NCBI GenBank assembly: GCA_005240145.1
Contig: SBAS01000054.1
Location: 5,234-69,233 of the forward strand
Reading direction: 5' to 3'
Origin: Nitrosomonadales bacterium
GTDB lineage: Bacteria > Pseudomonadota > Gammaproteobacteria > Burkholderiales > SG8-39
DNA: 64,000 nt
The first letter of the stretch is position 1. Each line of letters starts with the position of its first letter. This document shows, in pieces, positions 33,418 to 45,700 of the stretch. The translations under genes were made by a program, and so were the position numbers. Below the pieces are notes generated by a model. The model saw only the letters and a list, made by a program, of their open reading frames with translations, was not told where the DNA came from and ran no database searches.

Positions 33418-35370
33418 GTGGACCGCGCTCAAACGATCTACAAGCACTGGCGGCACGAGCAGGACGCGCAGGGCCTCGTCTGGCTCACCTTCGACAAGCA
33501 GGGCGAGTCGGCCAACACCTTCTCGCGCGAGGCGCTGCAGGAGCTTTCCAGCGCGCTCGACGAGATCGCTGCCGCAAGACCGAAAGGCGCGATCATCCGC
33601 TCGGCCAAGGACAGTTTCATCGCCGGCGCGGATGTCGAGGAGTTCACGCGTTTCAAGTCGCCCGAGGAGGCGCTCGCTTTCGTGCGATTAGGCTGGGACG
33701 TATTCCAGAAGCTGCGCGACCTGCCATTCCCGACCACCGCCATGGTGAACGGCTACTGCATGGGCGGCGGCTTCGAGCTCTCGCTCGCCTGCAAGTACCG
33801 CGTCGCGCTCGACGACCCGAAGACCCGCTTCGCGTTCCCCGAAGTAATGCTCGGCATCATGCCGGCCTGGCACGGCGTGCAATGGCTCCCCAGGCTCATC
33901 GGGCCCGTCGCGGCGATGGACCTGATGCTCACCGGCAAGGCGGTCGACGCGAAACGCGGCAAGCGCATGGGCCTGGTGGACCAGGCGGTGCCGCTGCGGA
34001 TCCTCGAGAACACTGCAAGGATGGTCACGCTGGAGGCACCTGCCGCAAAGGGTTTGGGGGTAGTTCAAGGCCTTTTGAATGGTCCCTTGAAATTCATAGT
34101 GGCCAGTCAAGCAAAGAAACAAGTCGCAAAAAAAGCACGGCGCGAACACTACCCTGCGCCCCACGCGATCCTCGAACTGTGGCAGAAGTACGACGGCGAC
34201 CCGTTCGTCAACCCGTCGGACCCGACGTGCTCGATCAATACGCTGTTCGACCACCCGACGACGAAGAACCTGATCCGCATCTTCTTCCTGCAGGAGAAGA
34301 TGAAGGGCCTCGCCAAGGGAGTGGATTTCAAGGCCGAACACGTGCACATCGTGGGCGCGGGGGTGATGGGCGGCGACATTGCCGCGATCTGCGCCATGCG
34401 CGGCATCACCGTGACGCTGCAGGACACTGCACCCGAGCGCCTGGCACCCGCGGTGAAGCGCGCGGCGAAGCTGTTCCAGCGGCGCCTGCGCGACCCGTTT
34501 CGCGTGCGCGACGCGATGGACCGGCTGATCCCCGATGTCGCTGGCGCCGGTGCGGCGAAGGCGGACGTGATCATCGAAGCGATTTTCGAGAACCTCGAAG
34601 CCAAGCAGCAGCTGTTCGCGAAGCTCGAGGCCGCGGCCAAGCCCGGCGCGGTGCTCGCGAGCAACACTTCCAGCCTCAAGCTCGCCGACATCGCCGCCAA
34701 ATTCAAGGATCCGTCGCGGCTGGTGGGGATTCATTTTTTCACTCCGGTTCCGCAAATGATGTTGGTGGAAGTAGTGCATGGAACAAGTACGAACCAAGCG
34801 CACGTCAAAAACTCGATCGCTTTCGTGCGCCAGATCGACAAACTGCCGCTGCCGGTGAAGGATGCGCCGGGCTTCCTCGTCAACCGCGTGCTCGGGCCCT
34901 ACATGCAGAACGCCTTCCGCATGCTCGACGAAGGCGTGAAACCGGAAACCCTCGACGCCGCGATGGAGGAATTCGGCATGCCGATGGGCCCCATCGAGCT
35001 GGCCGACACGGTTGGCCTCGACATCTGCCTGCATGCCGGCAAGCAGCTGGCGAAGAAAGACGCCTCGGGCCACGATGCGGAGGCGCCGCAGGTCCTGCTC
35101 AACAAGGTGGCGCTGGGACAACTCGGCCGCAAGTCGGGCCAGGGCATCTACCGCTGGGAAAACAACAAGCCGGTCAAGGGCCAGCCCGGCGCCTACGACG
35201 ACAACCTCGTCCAGGCGCTGGTCCAGCCGTACCTGGATGAAACCAGGGCGGTGTTTGCCGAGGGCATCGTCCCCGACGCCGAGCTGATCGACGCCGGCCT
35301 CATCTTTGGCACGGGCTTCGCGCCCTTCCGCGGCGGCCCGCTGAACTACATCGCCGGGCTGAAGAAGTAG
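33418..35370 (+). CDS. Bifunctional enoyl-CoA hydratase / 3-hydroxyacyl-CoA dehydrogenase (FadB/FadJ-like)
   Basis: 650 aa with a GTG start. N-terminal crotonase domain (NGYCMGGGFELSLAC) and C-terminal HIVGAGVMGGDIA Rossmann fold plus the 3HCDH domain. Confidence 0.9.
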   Translation: MDRAQTIYKHWRHEQDAQGLVWLTFDKQGESANTFSREALQELSSALDEIAAARPKGAIIRSAKDSFIAGADVEEFTRFKSPEEALAFVRLGWDVFQKLRDLPFPTTAMVNGYCMGGGFELSLACKYRVALDDPKTRFAFPEVMLGIMPAWHGVQWLPRLIGPVAAMDLMLTGKAVDAKRGKRMGLVDQAVPLRILENTARMVTLEAPAAKGLGVVQGLLNGPLKFIVASQAKKQVAKKARREHYPAPHAILELWQKYDGDPFVNPSDPTCSINTLFDHPTTKNLIRIFFLQEKMKGLAKGVDFKAEHVHIVGAGVMGGDIAAICAMRGITVTLQDTAPERLAPAVKRAAKLFQRRLRDPFRVRDAMDRLIPDVAGAGAAKADVIIEAIFENLEAKQQLFAKLEAAAKPGAVLASNTSSLKLADIAAKFKDPSRLVGIHFFTPVPQMMLVEVVHGTSTNQAHVKNSIAFVRQIDKLPLPVKDAPGFLVNRVLGPYMQNAFRMLDEGVKPETLDAAMEEFGMPMGPIELADTVGLDICLHAGKQLAKKDASGHDAEAPQVLLNKVALGQLGRKSGQGIYRWENNKPVKGQPGAYDDNLVQALVQPYLDETRAVFAEGIVPDAELIDAGLIFGTGFAPFRGGPLNYIAGLKK

Positions 35371-35378
35371 CCGCCGCG

Positions 35379-35789
35379 GTGGGTAAGGCTTCGCACCAGC
35401 CGCCCGGACTCGCGCTGCCCAGGGGCAAGGTGCCGGCGCTGCGTGTGGTGCCGATGCCGGCGGATTCGAACCACAACGGCGACATTTTCGGCGGCTGGAT
35501 CATGGCACAGGTGGACGTCGCCGGCGGCATCGTCGCCGGGCGCCTCGCGCGCGGCCGCGTCGCCACGGTGTCGGTGAATTCCTTCGTCTTCAAGCAGCCG
35601 GTGCAGATCGGCGACGTTCTTTCGCTTTATGCCGACGTCGAGCGCATCGGCAACACCTCGATCACCGTGAAGGTCGAGGTCTACGCCGAACGCGGCCGGG
35701 AGGAAGCGAAAATCGTGAAGGTGACGGAAGCCGCGCTCACCTACGTCGCCATCGACCTCAAGGGCAAGCCGCGCCCGGTGTCGAAGTAG
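35379..35789 (+). CDS. Hotdog-fold acyl-CoA thioesterase (YciA-like)
   Basis: 136 aa with a GTG start. PADSNHNGDIFGGWIMAQVD and GDVLSLYADVERIGNTSI match the YciA/ACOT pattern. Confidence 0.8.
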   Translation: MGKASHQPPGLALPRGKVPALRVVPMPADSNHNGDIFGGWIMAQVDVAGGIVAGRLARGRVATVSVNSFVFKQPVQIGDVLSLYADVERIGNTSITVKVEVYAERGREEAKIVKVTEAALTYVAIDLKGKPRPVSK

Positions 35790-36446
35790 CTACTTTTTCG
35801 CTGCCGCCTTTGCCGCTTCCGTCGCCGCCCTGCGGTCGGCGTTGACCTTCGCCACCGCCGGGCGCTCGCCCAGCATCTTGAGGTAGGGCTTCACCTGCGG
35901 AACCTCCTCGAGGACGTCGCGACCGTAAGTGAGCTTGGTGGCGAGCGTCACTACCGGCAGGTGCACCGCCGCGGCGCAATCGGCGAGCGTCATTTCTTTG
36001 CCGGCGATGAACGGATCGAATCTTGCGAGCGCCTTCAGCGCGCGGATGCCTTTGGCAAGCTCCTTCTCCGCCCACTGCCTGGTGCCATCGGAAGTCTTGC
36101 CGCCGAAGAACGCGCCGTCGTAGAGGCGCCGCGCCACCAGCTCCAGGTGCAGCTCGATGATGGTGACCAGCTCGCGCACCTTGGCGCGCGCGAGCGGCTC
36201 CTTCGGCAATAGCGGCTTCTGCGGGTAGGCATCCTCCAGGTATTCGAGGATCACCTCGGATTCGACAATGCGCGTGCCGTCGACTTCCAGGTAGGGCACC
36301 TTGCCCATCGGGCTGAGCGCGACGTACTCGGGCTTCTGCGAGGGCTTTATCGTGCTGTCCTCCTCGTAGGGCACGCCCTTCTCCAGCAGGGCGATCAGCA
36401 CCTTGTTGTGATAGTTGCTGATGCGAAAGCCGCAGACCTTGATCAT
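35790..36446 (-). CDS. Glutathione S-transferase family protein
   Basis: Internal ATG (MIKVCGFRISNYHNKVLIALLEKGVPYEE...). GKVPYLEVDG..IVESEVILEYLED GST N-domain. Confidence 0.85.
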   Translation of the reverse strand: MIKVCGFRISNYHNKVLIALLEKGVPYEEDSTIKPSQKPEYVALSPMGKVPYLEVDGTRIVESEVILEYLEDAYPQKPLLPKEPLARAKVRELVTIIELHLELVARRLYDGAFFGGKTSDGTRQWAEKELAKGIRALKALARFDPFIAGKEMTLADCAAAVHLPVVTLATKLTYGRDVLEEVPQVKPYLKMLGERPAVAKVNADRRAATEAAKAAAKK

Positions 36447-36489
36447 GACGCTCCCCGAGGAGTCTTTGGTGGCATTATAGGCTGGCCCC

Positions 36490-37341
36490 ATGAGCACGGA
36501 ACGCCGCGACGGCGCGGACGATCCCGGCATCATCAAAGATCTCGCGCGCGAGACCTCCTACGGCGGTTACCTGCAGCTCGACAAGCTGCTCTCCGCGCAG
36601 CAGCCGCGCTCGGCGCACCACGACGAGATGCTGTTCATCATCCAGCACCAGACCTCGGAGCTGTGGATGAAGCTGCTGGTGCACGAGCTCGCGGCGGCGA
36701 TCGCGCATGTGCGCGCCGACCAGCTCGCGCCGTGCTTCAAGATCCTCGCGCGTGCCAAGCAGGTGCAGCGGCAGTTGTTCGAGCAATGGGCGGTGCTGGA
36801 AACGCTCACGCCCACGGAATATGTGCAGTTCCGCGCTGTCCTCGGTCCCGCCTCCGGCCTGCAGTCGCACCAGTTCCGCGCCATCGAGTTCATGCTCGGC
36901 AACAAGAACGCGGTTCGCCTGGAACTGCATGCACACGACCGGAAAATAAAAAGTTTCCTGGAAGGGCTTTTGCGGGCTCCAAGCCTCTACGACGAATTCC
37001 TGCGCTACCTGATGCGCCGCGGCATGGCGATTCCGGCCGAACGCGCCGAGCGCGACTGGACGCAACCCTACGAGCGCCATCCGGCAGTGGTGCAGGTGTT
37101 CAAGCGCATCTACGAGGACCCGGAGAGCCACTGGGCCGAGTACGACATGTGCGAGAAGCTGGTGGACCTCGAAGAAAACTTCCAGCTCTGGCGCTTCCGC
37201 CACGTGAAAACGGTGGAGCGCGTGATCGGATTCAAGCGCGGCACCGGCGGCACCGCCGGCGTCGCGTTCCTGCGCAAGACCCTCGAAACGGCGCTGTTCC
37301 CGGAACTGCTGGACGTGCGCACGGAAATCGGCACGCGATGA
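36490..37341 (+). CDS. kynA: Tryptophan 2,3-dioxygenase
   Basis: 283 aa. [65 protein letters not shown] motifs. Confidence 0.9.
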   Translation: MSTERRDGADDPGIIKDLARETSYGGYLQLDKLLSAQQPRSAHHDEMLFIIQHQTSELWMKLLVHELAAAIAHVRADQLAPCFKILARAKQVQRQLFEQWAVLETLTPTEYVQFRAVLGPASGLQSHQFRAIEFMLGNKNAVRLELHAHDRKIKSFLEGLLRAPSLYDEFLRYLMRRGMAIPAERAERDWTQPYERHPAVVQVFKRIYEDPESHWAEYDMCEKLVDLEENFQLWRFRHVKTVERVIGFKRGTGGTAGVAFLRKTLETALFPELLDVRTEIGTR

Positions 37342-38491
37342 GCGTAATCCCGCGCGGCGAGCCCCTTACCGAGGCGTGGCTGCGCGAGCAGGTCTGGCCG
37401 CGGTTTTCGCGCGTACGCACCGAGCATCGCGGCATTTACCTCGCCAACCATTCCCTCGGCCGGCCGCCCGATCGCGTGGCCGCGGACGTCATGCACGCAC
37501 TGAATGCCTGGTATCGCGCCATGGGCGAGGCCTGGACCGAATGGCAGGCCGCGCGCGAGCGCTTTCGCGCCCTGGTCGCGCAACTGGTCGGCGCCACGCG
37601 CGCGGACTGCATCATCCCGAAGACCAGCGCCGGGCAGGGTTTGCGCGCGGTGCTCAACGCGCTCGAAGGCGGCAAGCGCGGCAAGCGCGGCAAGCCGCAC
37701 GTGGTCGCCTCCGACGGGGAGTTCGATTCGATCGACTTCATCCTGCGCGTGTACCGCGAAAAAGGCCGCATCGAACTGCGGCTCACACCCTGGCGCGACA
37801 TGTCGGTGGGCAATGCCGACCTGGTAGTGCTTTCCAGCGTCATGTTTCGCTCCGGAGAGCGCGTAGCCAACCTGGGCAAGCTGATCCGCGCCGCGCGCGC
37901 CTCCGGCGCGCTGGTGCTGCTCGACGTCTACCATCACGCCGGCGCGCTGCCGTTGGACCTCGCGGCGCTGGAGGTCGATTTCGCCATCGGCGGCAGCTAC
38001 AAGTACCTGCGCGGCGGGCCCGGCGCCTGCTGGCTGTACGTGCGGCCGGGCCTGGTCGAAACCATGCGCACGCTGGACACCGGCTGGTTTGCCAAGCACG
38101 AGCCGTTCGGCTACGAACGCACCGACCCGCCGCAATTCGGCGCGGGCGGCGACGCCTGGCTGGAATCCACGCCGCCGGTGCAGGCGCTGGCGGGGCTGGA
38201 AATGACGCTCGAACTCGGCGTCGACCGGCTGCGCGAATATTCGCTCGCGCAGAAACAACTTTTGCACGACTACCTCGCGCGCCAGAACGTGGCGGCAGCT
38301 GGAGTTGGCGACGACTTCGGCGCCTTCATCACGGTGACGCACCCGCAGGCGGAAAAGCTGGCGCAGGATCTCGCCGCGCACGGCGTTGTCGCCGACGCGC
38401 GCGGCGAGCATCTCAGGCTCTGCCCGGACATCCTCAACTCGGAGGCCGAGCTCGCGCAGGGCGCCGCTGCGCTCGGCGCCCTGCTGGGCGG

Positions 38492-38495
<4 letters not shown>
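37338..38495 (+). CDS. Kynureninase-like class V PLP-dependent enzyme (divergent, short)
   Basis: The ATG overlaps the kynA TGA (ATGA). [12 protein letters not shown] and [18 protein letters not shown] parallel the IYLDGNSLG and YKYLNGGPG motifs of kynureninase. It is ~385 aa, versus roughly 415 aa for canonical KynU as I recall. Confidence 0.7.
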
Positions 38496-39732
<1,237 letters not shown>

Positions 39733-39733
<1 letters not shown>

Positions 39734-40803
39734 CACGTGCTCCTTTTCAGAATCTTCTCGACCTGTGCCCAGCCCAGCTCGCCCAACGGCCGGGCGCGGG
39801 CGCCCGCCTCGCGCGCATGCTCGCTCGCCGCGGTGCCATCCACGATGCGCCCCGCGATCCCCTGACAGATCGCCGCCAGGCGGAACATGTTGTAGGCCAT
39901 GTAGTAGTCCCACACCGAAGGCGCGACGCGCTTGCGCCCGGTGCGCTCGAAATAGCGCTCGACGTACTCGCCTTCGGTGGGGATGCCCAGCTCGGCGTGC
40001 GGCAGCCCGCCCAGCCCGCGGAACATGGTCGATGGAATGTGCCAGCTCATGCAGTGATAGGAAAAATCCGCCAGCGGGTCGCCCAGCGTGGAGAGTTCCC
40101 AGTCGAGGACCGCGAGCAGGCGCGGCTCGGTGGCATGGAACACGGTGTTGTCGAGCCGGTAGTCGCCGTGCACCACCGTGGTCTCGTCGGTTGCCGGGAT
40201 GTTCTGCGGCAACCAGGCGATCAGCTGGTCCATGGCTTCGATTTTTTCCGTTTCCGACGCCAGGTACTGCTTGGTCCAGCGACCGACCTGGCGCTCGATG
40301 TAGCTGCCGGCCTTGCCGAAATCCTCCAGGCCGACCGACCTGTAGTCCACGCTGTGCAGTAGCGCGATGACACGGTTCAATTCGTCCCAGATCGCCGCGC
40401 GATCCGCCTTCGGCACGCCGGGCAGCGCCGGGTCCCACAGCACGCGCCCTTCCATGCAATCCATGAGATAGAAGGCGGTGCCGATGACTGCGGGGTCTTC
40501 GCACAGCACATAGGGCTTCGCTACCGGAAATCCCACCGAGTGCAGCGCCTTGATGACCTTGAACTCGCGGTCCACGGCGTGCGCCGAGGGCAGGAGCTTG
40601 CCCGGCGGTTTCCTGCGCAGCGCGTAATGTCTGCCGCCCGCGCCGATGCGGTAGGTGGGGTTCGACTGCCCGCCCTTGAACTGCTCGATCACGAGCGGTC
40701 CGCGAAACCCCTCCATGCGCTGCTTGAGAAATTCCTCCAGGCGCCCCGCGTCGATGCGATGGCGCTCTTCAACTGGCTTTACGCCGATGAACTGGTCGGA
40801 CAT
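39733..40803 (-). CDS. Aminoglycoside-phosphotransferase-fold kinase (ACAD10/11 N-domain / LvaA-like)
   Basis: Internal ATG (MSDQFIGV...). [25 protein letters not shown] (catalytic HGD.R.DN), [15 protein letters not shown]. Confidence 0.85.
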
Positions 40804-40855
40804 GGGAGGCGCAATCCTAATCTGAAAATGCGCAAAACTGTAAAATTCGCCTTCC

Positions 40856-42034
40856 ATGCGACGAATTCCCGGCACCAGATTCCTCCATTCACCCGGCCCG
40901 ACGCAGGTTCCGGATGAAGTTCTCAATGCCATGCATCGGCAACCGATGGACCACGGCGACCCGCGGCTCGACGAGGTCATCGCGGCCATCGACGTGGGCA
41001 TCAAGCGCCTCCTGCAGACGAAGGATGCCGAACTCTACATGTTCGCCTCGAACGGCCATGGCGCCTGGGAAGCGGCGATCGAGAACCTTCTCGCGCCGGG
41101 GCAGACGGTCCTCATTCCGGGAACCGGGCATTTCTCCGAGTCCTGGGCGCTGCAGGCCGAGGCGCTCGGACGCCGCGTGATCCGCACGCCGTTTCGCGAA
41201 GGCCACCCGATCGACCCTCAGGCCGTCGAGCAGGCCTTGCGAGCCGACGTAGAGCGCGAGATCGTCGCCGTGTTCGCCGTGCACACCGATACGGCGAGCA
41301 GCACCACCAGCGACCTGGCCGCACTGCGCGCGGCAATCGACGCCGCCGGCCATCCCGCGCTCTTCGTCGTGGATGTGGTCGCTTCGCTCGCCGCGGCGCC
41401 CTTCGCCATGGATGCGATGCGCGTCAACGTTGCAGTGGGAGCGACGCAGAAGGGCCTCATGTCGCCCCCCGGCATGAGTTTCGTCGCCGTCGACCGCCGC
41501 GCCGACGAAGTCGCCGCGGGCAACCCCGCGCCGCGCTACTACTGGGACTGGAGCCGGCGCAAAGGCGACCAGAGTTACCGCAAGTTCTGCGGCACGCCGC
41601 CGCAGAACCTGTTGTACGGCATCGAGGCCGCCCTCGGGCTGCTGTTTCTCGAGGGAATCGACGCCATCATCGCGCGCCACGCGCAGCTTGCGCGCGCGGT
41701 GCACGCGGCGGTCGAGTGCTGGAGCCGCGATGGCGCGGTGATGTTCCATTGCCGCGTGCCCGCAGCGCGTTCGGTTTCGGTCACCACCATCGAAACGCGC
41801 GCCGGGATCGATCCGGAAGCCATGCGCACGGTCGCGCGCGAGCGCTTCCAGGTCGCCATCGCCGGCGGCCTCGGGCCACAGGGCGGGCGCGCGTTCCGGA
41901 TCGGGCACCTTGGGAACCTCAACAGCGCCATGATCCTCGGCTGCCTGGCCGGGGTCGAGGCGGCAATGCAGGTGCAGAAAATACCCTACGGCCGCGGCGG
42001 CATGGAGGCGGCGATCACCAGTCTGGGAGGATAG
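40856..42034 (+). CDS. Class V aminotransferase (serine/alanine-glyoxylate aminotransferase-like)
   Basis: 392 aa. FLHSPGPTQVPDEVLNAM and VAVGATQKGLMSPPG (PLP Lys) motifs. Confidence 0.85.
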   Translation: MRRIPGTRFLHSPGPTQVPDEVLNAMHRQPMDHGDPRLDEVIAAIDVGIKRLLQTKDAELYMFASNGHGAWEAAIENLLAPGQTVLIPGTGHFSESWALQAEALGRRVIRTPFREGHPIDPQAVEQALRADVEREIVAVFAVHTDTASSTTSDLAALRAAIDAAGHPALFVVDVVASLAAAPFAMDAMRVNVAVGATQKGLMSPPGMSFVAVDRRADEVAAGNPAPRYYWDWSRRKGDQSYRKFCGTPPQNLLYGIEAALGLLFLEGIDAIIARHAQLARAVHAAVECWSRDGAVMFHCRVPAARSVSVTTIETRAGIDPEAMRTVARERFQVAIAGGLGPQGGRAFRIGHLGNLNSAMILGCLAGVEAAMQVQKIPYGRGGMEAAITSLGG

Positions 42035-42039
42035 CGAAG

Positions 42040-42477
42040 ATGAAAAACGGCTTTGCAGTAAGCCACAAGACGGGATCGAAATTCGCCAAGCGCGGACTGC
42101 GCACCTACTTCGAGTATCGCGATCTGGGCATCAAGCGCGCATCGCGCGGCAAGGTGGTGGCGCACGTGATCCGGGCGCGACCGGGGAAGGCGCCGCACGG
42201 CCAATGGCACCGGCACGATTGCAAGCTGCAATTCGTCTACGTGCTCAAGGGCTCGGCGGTGTTCGAGTACGAGGGCGTCGGCAGGGTGAAAATGCGCCAG
42301 GGCAGCTGCTTCTACCAGCCGCCCGGCATCCGCCACCGCGAAATCAGCCACTCGCGCGACCTGGAGTTGATCGAGATCGTCGCGCCGGCAAACTTCAGGA
42401 CGCTGAGCGAGCTACCGCCTCGCGCTACCTCACGGCTGGAGAAGCCTGCAGCCAGAAAGTCACGGGCCCGTCGTTGA
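42040..42477 (+). CDS. Cupin domain protein
   Basis: Internal ATG of track ORF 41716..42477. [16 protein letters not shown]...[11 protein letters not shown] two-motif cupin core. The last ~53 nt overlap the convergent dtd 3' end. Confidence 0.7.
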   Translation: MKNGFAVSHKTGSKFAKRGLRTYFEYRDLGIKRASRGKVVAHVIRARPGKAPHGQWHRHDCKLQFVYVLKGSAVFEYEGVGRVKMRQGSCFYQPPGIRHREISHSRDLELIEIVAPANFRTLSELPPRATSRLEKPAARKSRARR

Positions 42478-42877
42478 CGAGGCTCACCCGCATGTCGGCG
42501 CCGAAGTTGCCAGTCTTTACATGAAGTTGCTTCTGGCTTGATAGCAGAACAAATTTTTCAAACAAACGGCGCCCCACTTCCGGTGCGGCCGCGGTGGAGA
42601 ATCCCGCGCGCGTCCCGCTCTTCGTATCGGCCGCCAGGGTGAATTGCGGGACGGCAAGCAGCTCGCCCTTGATGTCCAGCAGCGACAGGTTCATCTTGCC
42701 GTCGGCATCCGGGAATATCCGGTAACCGAGGACCTTCTCGACGAGCCTCTCGGCCTGCGCCTCCGCGTCGCCGCGCTCGACGCCGACCAGCGCGAGCACG
42801 CCGCGCCCTATGGCGCCCACCACGGCACCATCGACCTCGACGCGCGCTTCGGTGACGCGTTGAATCAAGGCAATCAC
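42425..42877 (-). CDS. dtd: D-aminoacyl-tRNA deacylase
   Basis: 150 aa. [40 protein letters not shown] signatures. Confidence 0.9.
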   Translation of the reverse strand: MIALIQRVTEARVEVDGAVVGAIGRGVLALVGVERGDAEAQAERLVEKVLGYRIFPDADGKMNLSLLDIKGELLAVPQFTLAADTKSGTRAGFSTAAAPEVGRRLFEKFVLLSSQKQLHVKTGNFGADMRVSLVNDGPVTFWLQASPAVR

Positions 42878-42896
42878 GCGAGCGTGATCCTTACCA

Positions 42897-43118
42897 TCAA
42901 GCTGGAATGTCGGGTACCAGAAGGATTTTGAGACTGGAAATCGAATCCTTCAGGACGAGCTTGCGCTTTTTCAGCCGCCGCAGCTGCAGCTGGTCCTGAT
43001 TGGGATGCTCCGCGAGCCGCGCGATCACGTCGTCCAGATCCTGGTGCTCCGTCTCCAACGCCGCGATGCGCGCGCCGATCTGCTGCCTTTCTTCGTCGGT
43101 CAGAGACTGGCTCGTCAA
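42897..43118 (-). CDS. DUF465 (YdcH-like) small protein
   Basis: 73 aa. [12 protein letters not shown]...[15 protein letters not shown] matches the YdcH coiled-coil pattern. It lies 19 nt upstream of dtd. Confidence 0.75.
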   Translation of the reverse strand: MTSQSLTDEERQQIGARIAALETEHQDLDDVIARLAEHPNQDQLQLRRLKKRKLVLKDSISSLKILLVPDIPA

Positions 43119-43250
43119 CGCCTTGCCTCCTCAGCCATGCGCCGCAGTGCGAATTACTTCCGCTTCCTGAACAAATATCCCAATTCCCGGGGGCTTTTCG
43201 CATCCTATAATACTTGCACTGGGGAAGGGAACGACCTCACTCACGCATCC

Positions 43251-44231
43251 ATGCGTCGCAACGATCACGACGTCACCGACACGGTCCGCACCACCGACCT
43301 GAAACAGGTCGCCGGTGAGGTCACGCGCGTCTATCGCGGCCTCTACAACGGTACGCCTTCCGAAGCGATCGAGCGCGCTTTCAAGGACATCGGCCGGCTC
43401 TACGCCGGCAAGCATGCCGAATACAAGCCCTGCGACACCGAGTACCACGACATCCAGCACATCCTCGATGTCACCCTCGCCATGGCGCGCCTCATGGACG
43501 GTTACGAGCGCAGCCGGAAAGTAACGCGCTCGCGCGTTAGTGGCTCGCCGCCACTGCCTGCAGCCTGCTTTTCACTCGGCGTGGTGACGGCGCTGTTCCA
43601 CGATTTCGGCTACCTGCGCAAACGCGGCGACCGCAAGCACCGCTACGGCGCCGAGTACACCAAGACGCACGTCTCGCGCGGCTCGAAGCATCTGCACCAC
43701 TACCTGCCGCGCATCGGCCTCAAGCGCTACGCCAACACGGGCGCGATCCTGGTGCACTACACGGGCTACGAGCGCCGCGCGGAAACGATCCCGCTCAACA
43801 ACACGCTGCTGCGCCGCATCGGCCACATGCTCGGCACGGCGGACATCATCGCGCAGATGGCGGACCGCTGTTACCTGGAAAAATGCCGCGACCGGCTGTA
43901 TCCGGAGTTCGTGCTCGGCGGCCTCGCCAGCAGGAAGCTGGCGGGCGGCCGCACCGAGGTGCTCTTCAGCTCGGGCGAGGACCTGGTGCGCAAGACGCCC
44001 GGCTTCTACGTGAACGCCGTGAAGCGGCTCGACCTGCAGCTCGCGCGCGCCTACGAGTACGCCGAGCGCCACTTCAAGGGACAGAACCTGTACCTGGAGG
44101 AGATGCAGAAGAACGTGCGCTACGCGCGGGTGGTCGCCGACGTGCCGACCAAGCATCCGCTACGGCGCTCGCTGCCCTCGACGCTCAATGCGGGCGTCGA
44201 GCCTTATCCCAGAGGCATGGTGATCCGCTAG
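43251..44231 (+). CDS. HD-domain metal-dependent phosphohydrolase-like protein
   Basis: Internal ATG of track ORF 43005..44231. YHDIQHILDV (H..HD) and ALFHDFGYL motifs. Confidence 0.7.
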   Translation: MRRNDHDVTDTVRTTDLKQVAGEVTRVYRGLYNGTPSEAIERAFKDIGRLYAGKHAEYKPCDTEYHDIQHILDVTLAMARLMDGYERSRKVTRSRVSGSPPLPAACFSLGVVTALFHDFGYLRKRGDRKHRYGAEYTKTHVSRGSKHLHHYLPRIGLKRYANTGAILVHYTGYERRAETIPLNNTLLRRIGHMLGTADIIAQMADRCYLEKCRDRLYPEFVLGGLASRKLAGGRTEVLFSSGEDLVRKTPGFYVNAVKRLDLQLARAYEYAERHFKGQNLYLEEMQKNVRYARVVADVPTKHPLRRSLPSTLNAGVEPYPRGMVIR

Positions 44232-45229
44232 TAGCTTTGGCGCGAGCGGAAGTACTCGAGGCGGTCGATCGAGCGCACGTTCACTTCCTTCACCTGCACG
44301 CCCTGCAGCACGCGCAGCGGCACGTCGACGCCGGCGGCGCCCAGCGCCCAGACCTTGCGGTAGAACTCGGCCAGCGTCGAGACCTCGTCCTTGCCGACGC
44401 CGATCAGGATGTCGCCGCTCTTTAGGCCCGCCTTCTCCGCCGGCCCCTCGGGCGAAACCCGCATGACGAAAAGCCGCCCGCGCATCTCCTCGGTGTTGAC
44501 CCCCAGCCAGGGGCGCACCGGACCCGCAGTCTTGCCGCGCGCGATCAGGTCCTCGAGGATGGACTTGAGCAGCTCGGCCGGCACGAACATGTTGCCGGGT
44601 GATTGCGTGCCCGCGCCCTGCGCATCCGCAACGATCAGCGAGCCGAGGCCGAGCAATTCACCACGCGAGCTGATGAGCGATGCGCCCGACCAGTTCATGA
44701 CCGGCGGGAAGGTGAAGATCGCCGCCTCGAGCAGGTATTCCCAGCTGCCGGAGAACGGGCGGCGCGATGCCACGCGCACCACGTTGACGCCGTCGTTGCC
44801 GTAGGAGGCGACCAGCACGGCTTCGCGCTCGGCGGCGGCGCGCGAATCACCGATCGGCAGCGGCTTGCCGGCGAGCGGCGCAAGCAGCTTGAGCAGGCCG
44901 AAACCGGTCGCGTGGTCGTAGGCGGCAAGCGCTGCCGGCACCGACTTGCCGTCGGCGCCGGTGACTTCGATCGCTTCGGCTTCGATGACGAGGTAGCCGA
45001 TCGTCGCGACGTAGCCCTCGCGCACGAGAACGCCGGAGCCTTCGCGCCGCGTGCCCAGGGTTGCGGCGCTGCGCGCCTCCGGGATGATCCTGGTCCTCAC
45101 GCGCACCACCGCCGAGAGCGTTTCGGCCGCTGCTGCCTCGTCCGCGGAGATGCCCTTGTTCGCCTGCGACCAGGCGTCGCCGGAAGACACCAGCAGTGCC
45201 GCAAGGACCAGCAGCGTACGCACGATCAT
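44228..45229 (-). CDS. Secreted trypsin-like serine protease with C-terminal PDZ (S1C/HtrA-like)
   Basis: Signal peptide MIVRTLLVLAALLVSSGDAWS. GSGVLV, NWSGASLIS (GxSG-like) and PDZ segment GLKSGDILIGVGKDEV. Confidence 0.8.
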   Translation of the reverse strand: MIVRTLLVLAALLVSSGDAWSQANKGISADEAAAAETLSAVVRVRTRIIPEARSAATLGTRREGSGVLVREGYVATIGYLVIEAEAIEVTGADGKSVPAALAAYDHATGFGLLKLLAPLAGKPLPIGDSRAAAEREAVLVASYGNDGVNVVRVASRRPFSGSWEYLLEAAIFTFPPVMNWSGASLISSRGELLGLGSLIVADAQGAGTQSPGNMFVPAELLKSILEDLIARGKTAGPVRPWLGVNTEEMRGRLFVMRVSPEGPAEKAGLKSGDILIGVGKDEVSTLAEFYRKVWALGAAGVDVPLRVLQGVQVKEVNVRSIDRLEYFRSRQSY

Positions 45230-45244
45230 GGCGATCTCCCGGGT

Positions 45245-45700
45245 TCAGGCCTTGCTGCGCGCCTCGATGCGCTTGCGCAGGGCTTCGACCCGCGCGCGGT
45301 TGACGCCAAAATCGGGCCGTCCCAGCCGCGAGGCCGAGCGCACGTGGATCACGCCGCTGTTCGCATCGAAGAAAAATTCCACGTCGTCGACGAAACGCAT
45401 GAGCTTGGTGCGGAACTCCGCGTAGAGGTAGCCGCCGTCCTGCCGCATCACGGTGGCGTCGCGCATGCTCTCGACCGCCGCGCGCATCGCGGTCGCCGCC
45501 GCATTGGCATCGCCCTTGAACACAATCGGCGCGATATAGTGTTCCGCATCCGCGGCATCGGCCTGGCTGGAAACGCTGTTCGGCGTCGACTTGGGCGGCG
45601 CCAGCCTGCCGTCCTTCACTCCAAGATCGCCGGGGCGCCGCCAGGAAACCACGGGGTGGATGTTAACATCGGCGCGCGTTCTCTCGACAGGGGGCTTCAT
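45245..45700 (-). CDS. DUF1499 protein
   Basis: LGVKDGRLAPPKSTPNSVSSQ...FVDDVEFFFD...IHVRSASRLGRPDFGVNRARVE fits DUF1499. The start is uncertain: either the ATG at 45700 or an in-frame GTG at 45652. Confidence 0.7.
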   Translation of the reverse strand: MKPPVERTRADVNIHPVVSWRRPGDLGVKDGRLAPPKSTPNSVSSQADAADAEHYIAPIVFKGDANAAATAMRAAVESMRDATVMRQDGGYLYAEFRTKLMRFVDDVEFFFDANSGVIHVRSASRLGRPDFGVNRARVEALRKRIEARSKA

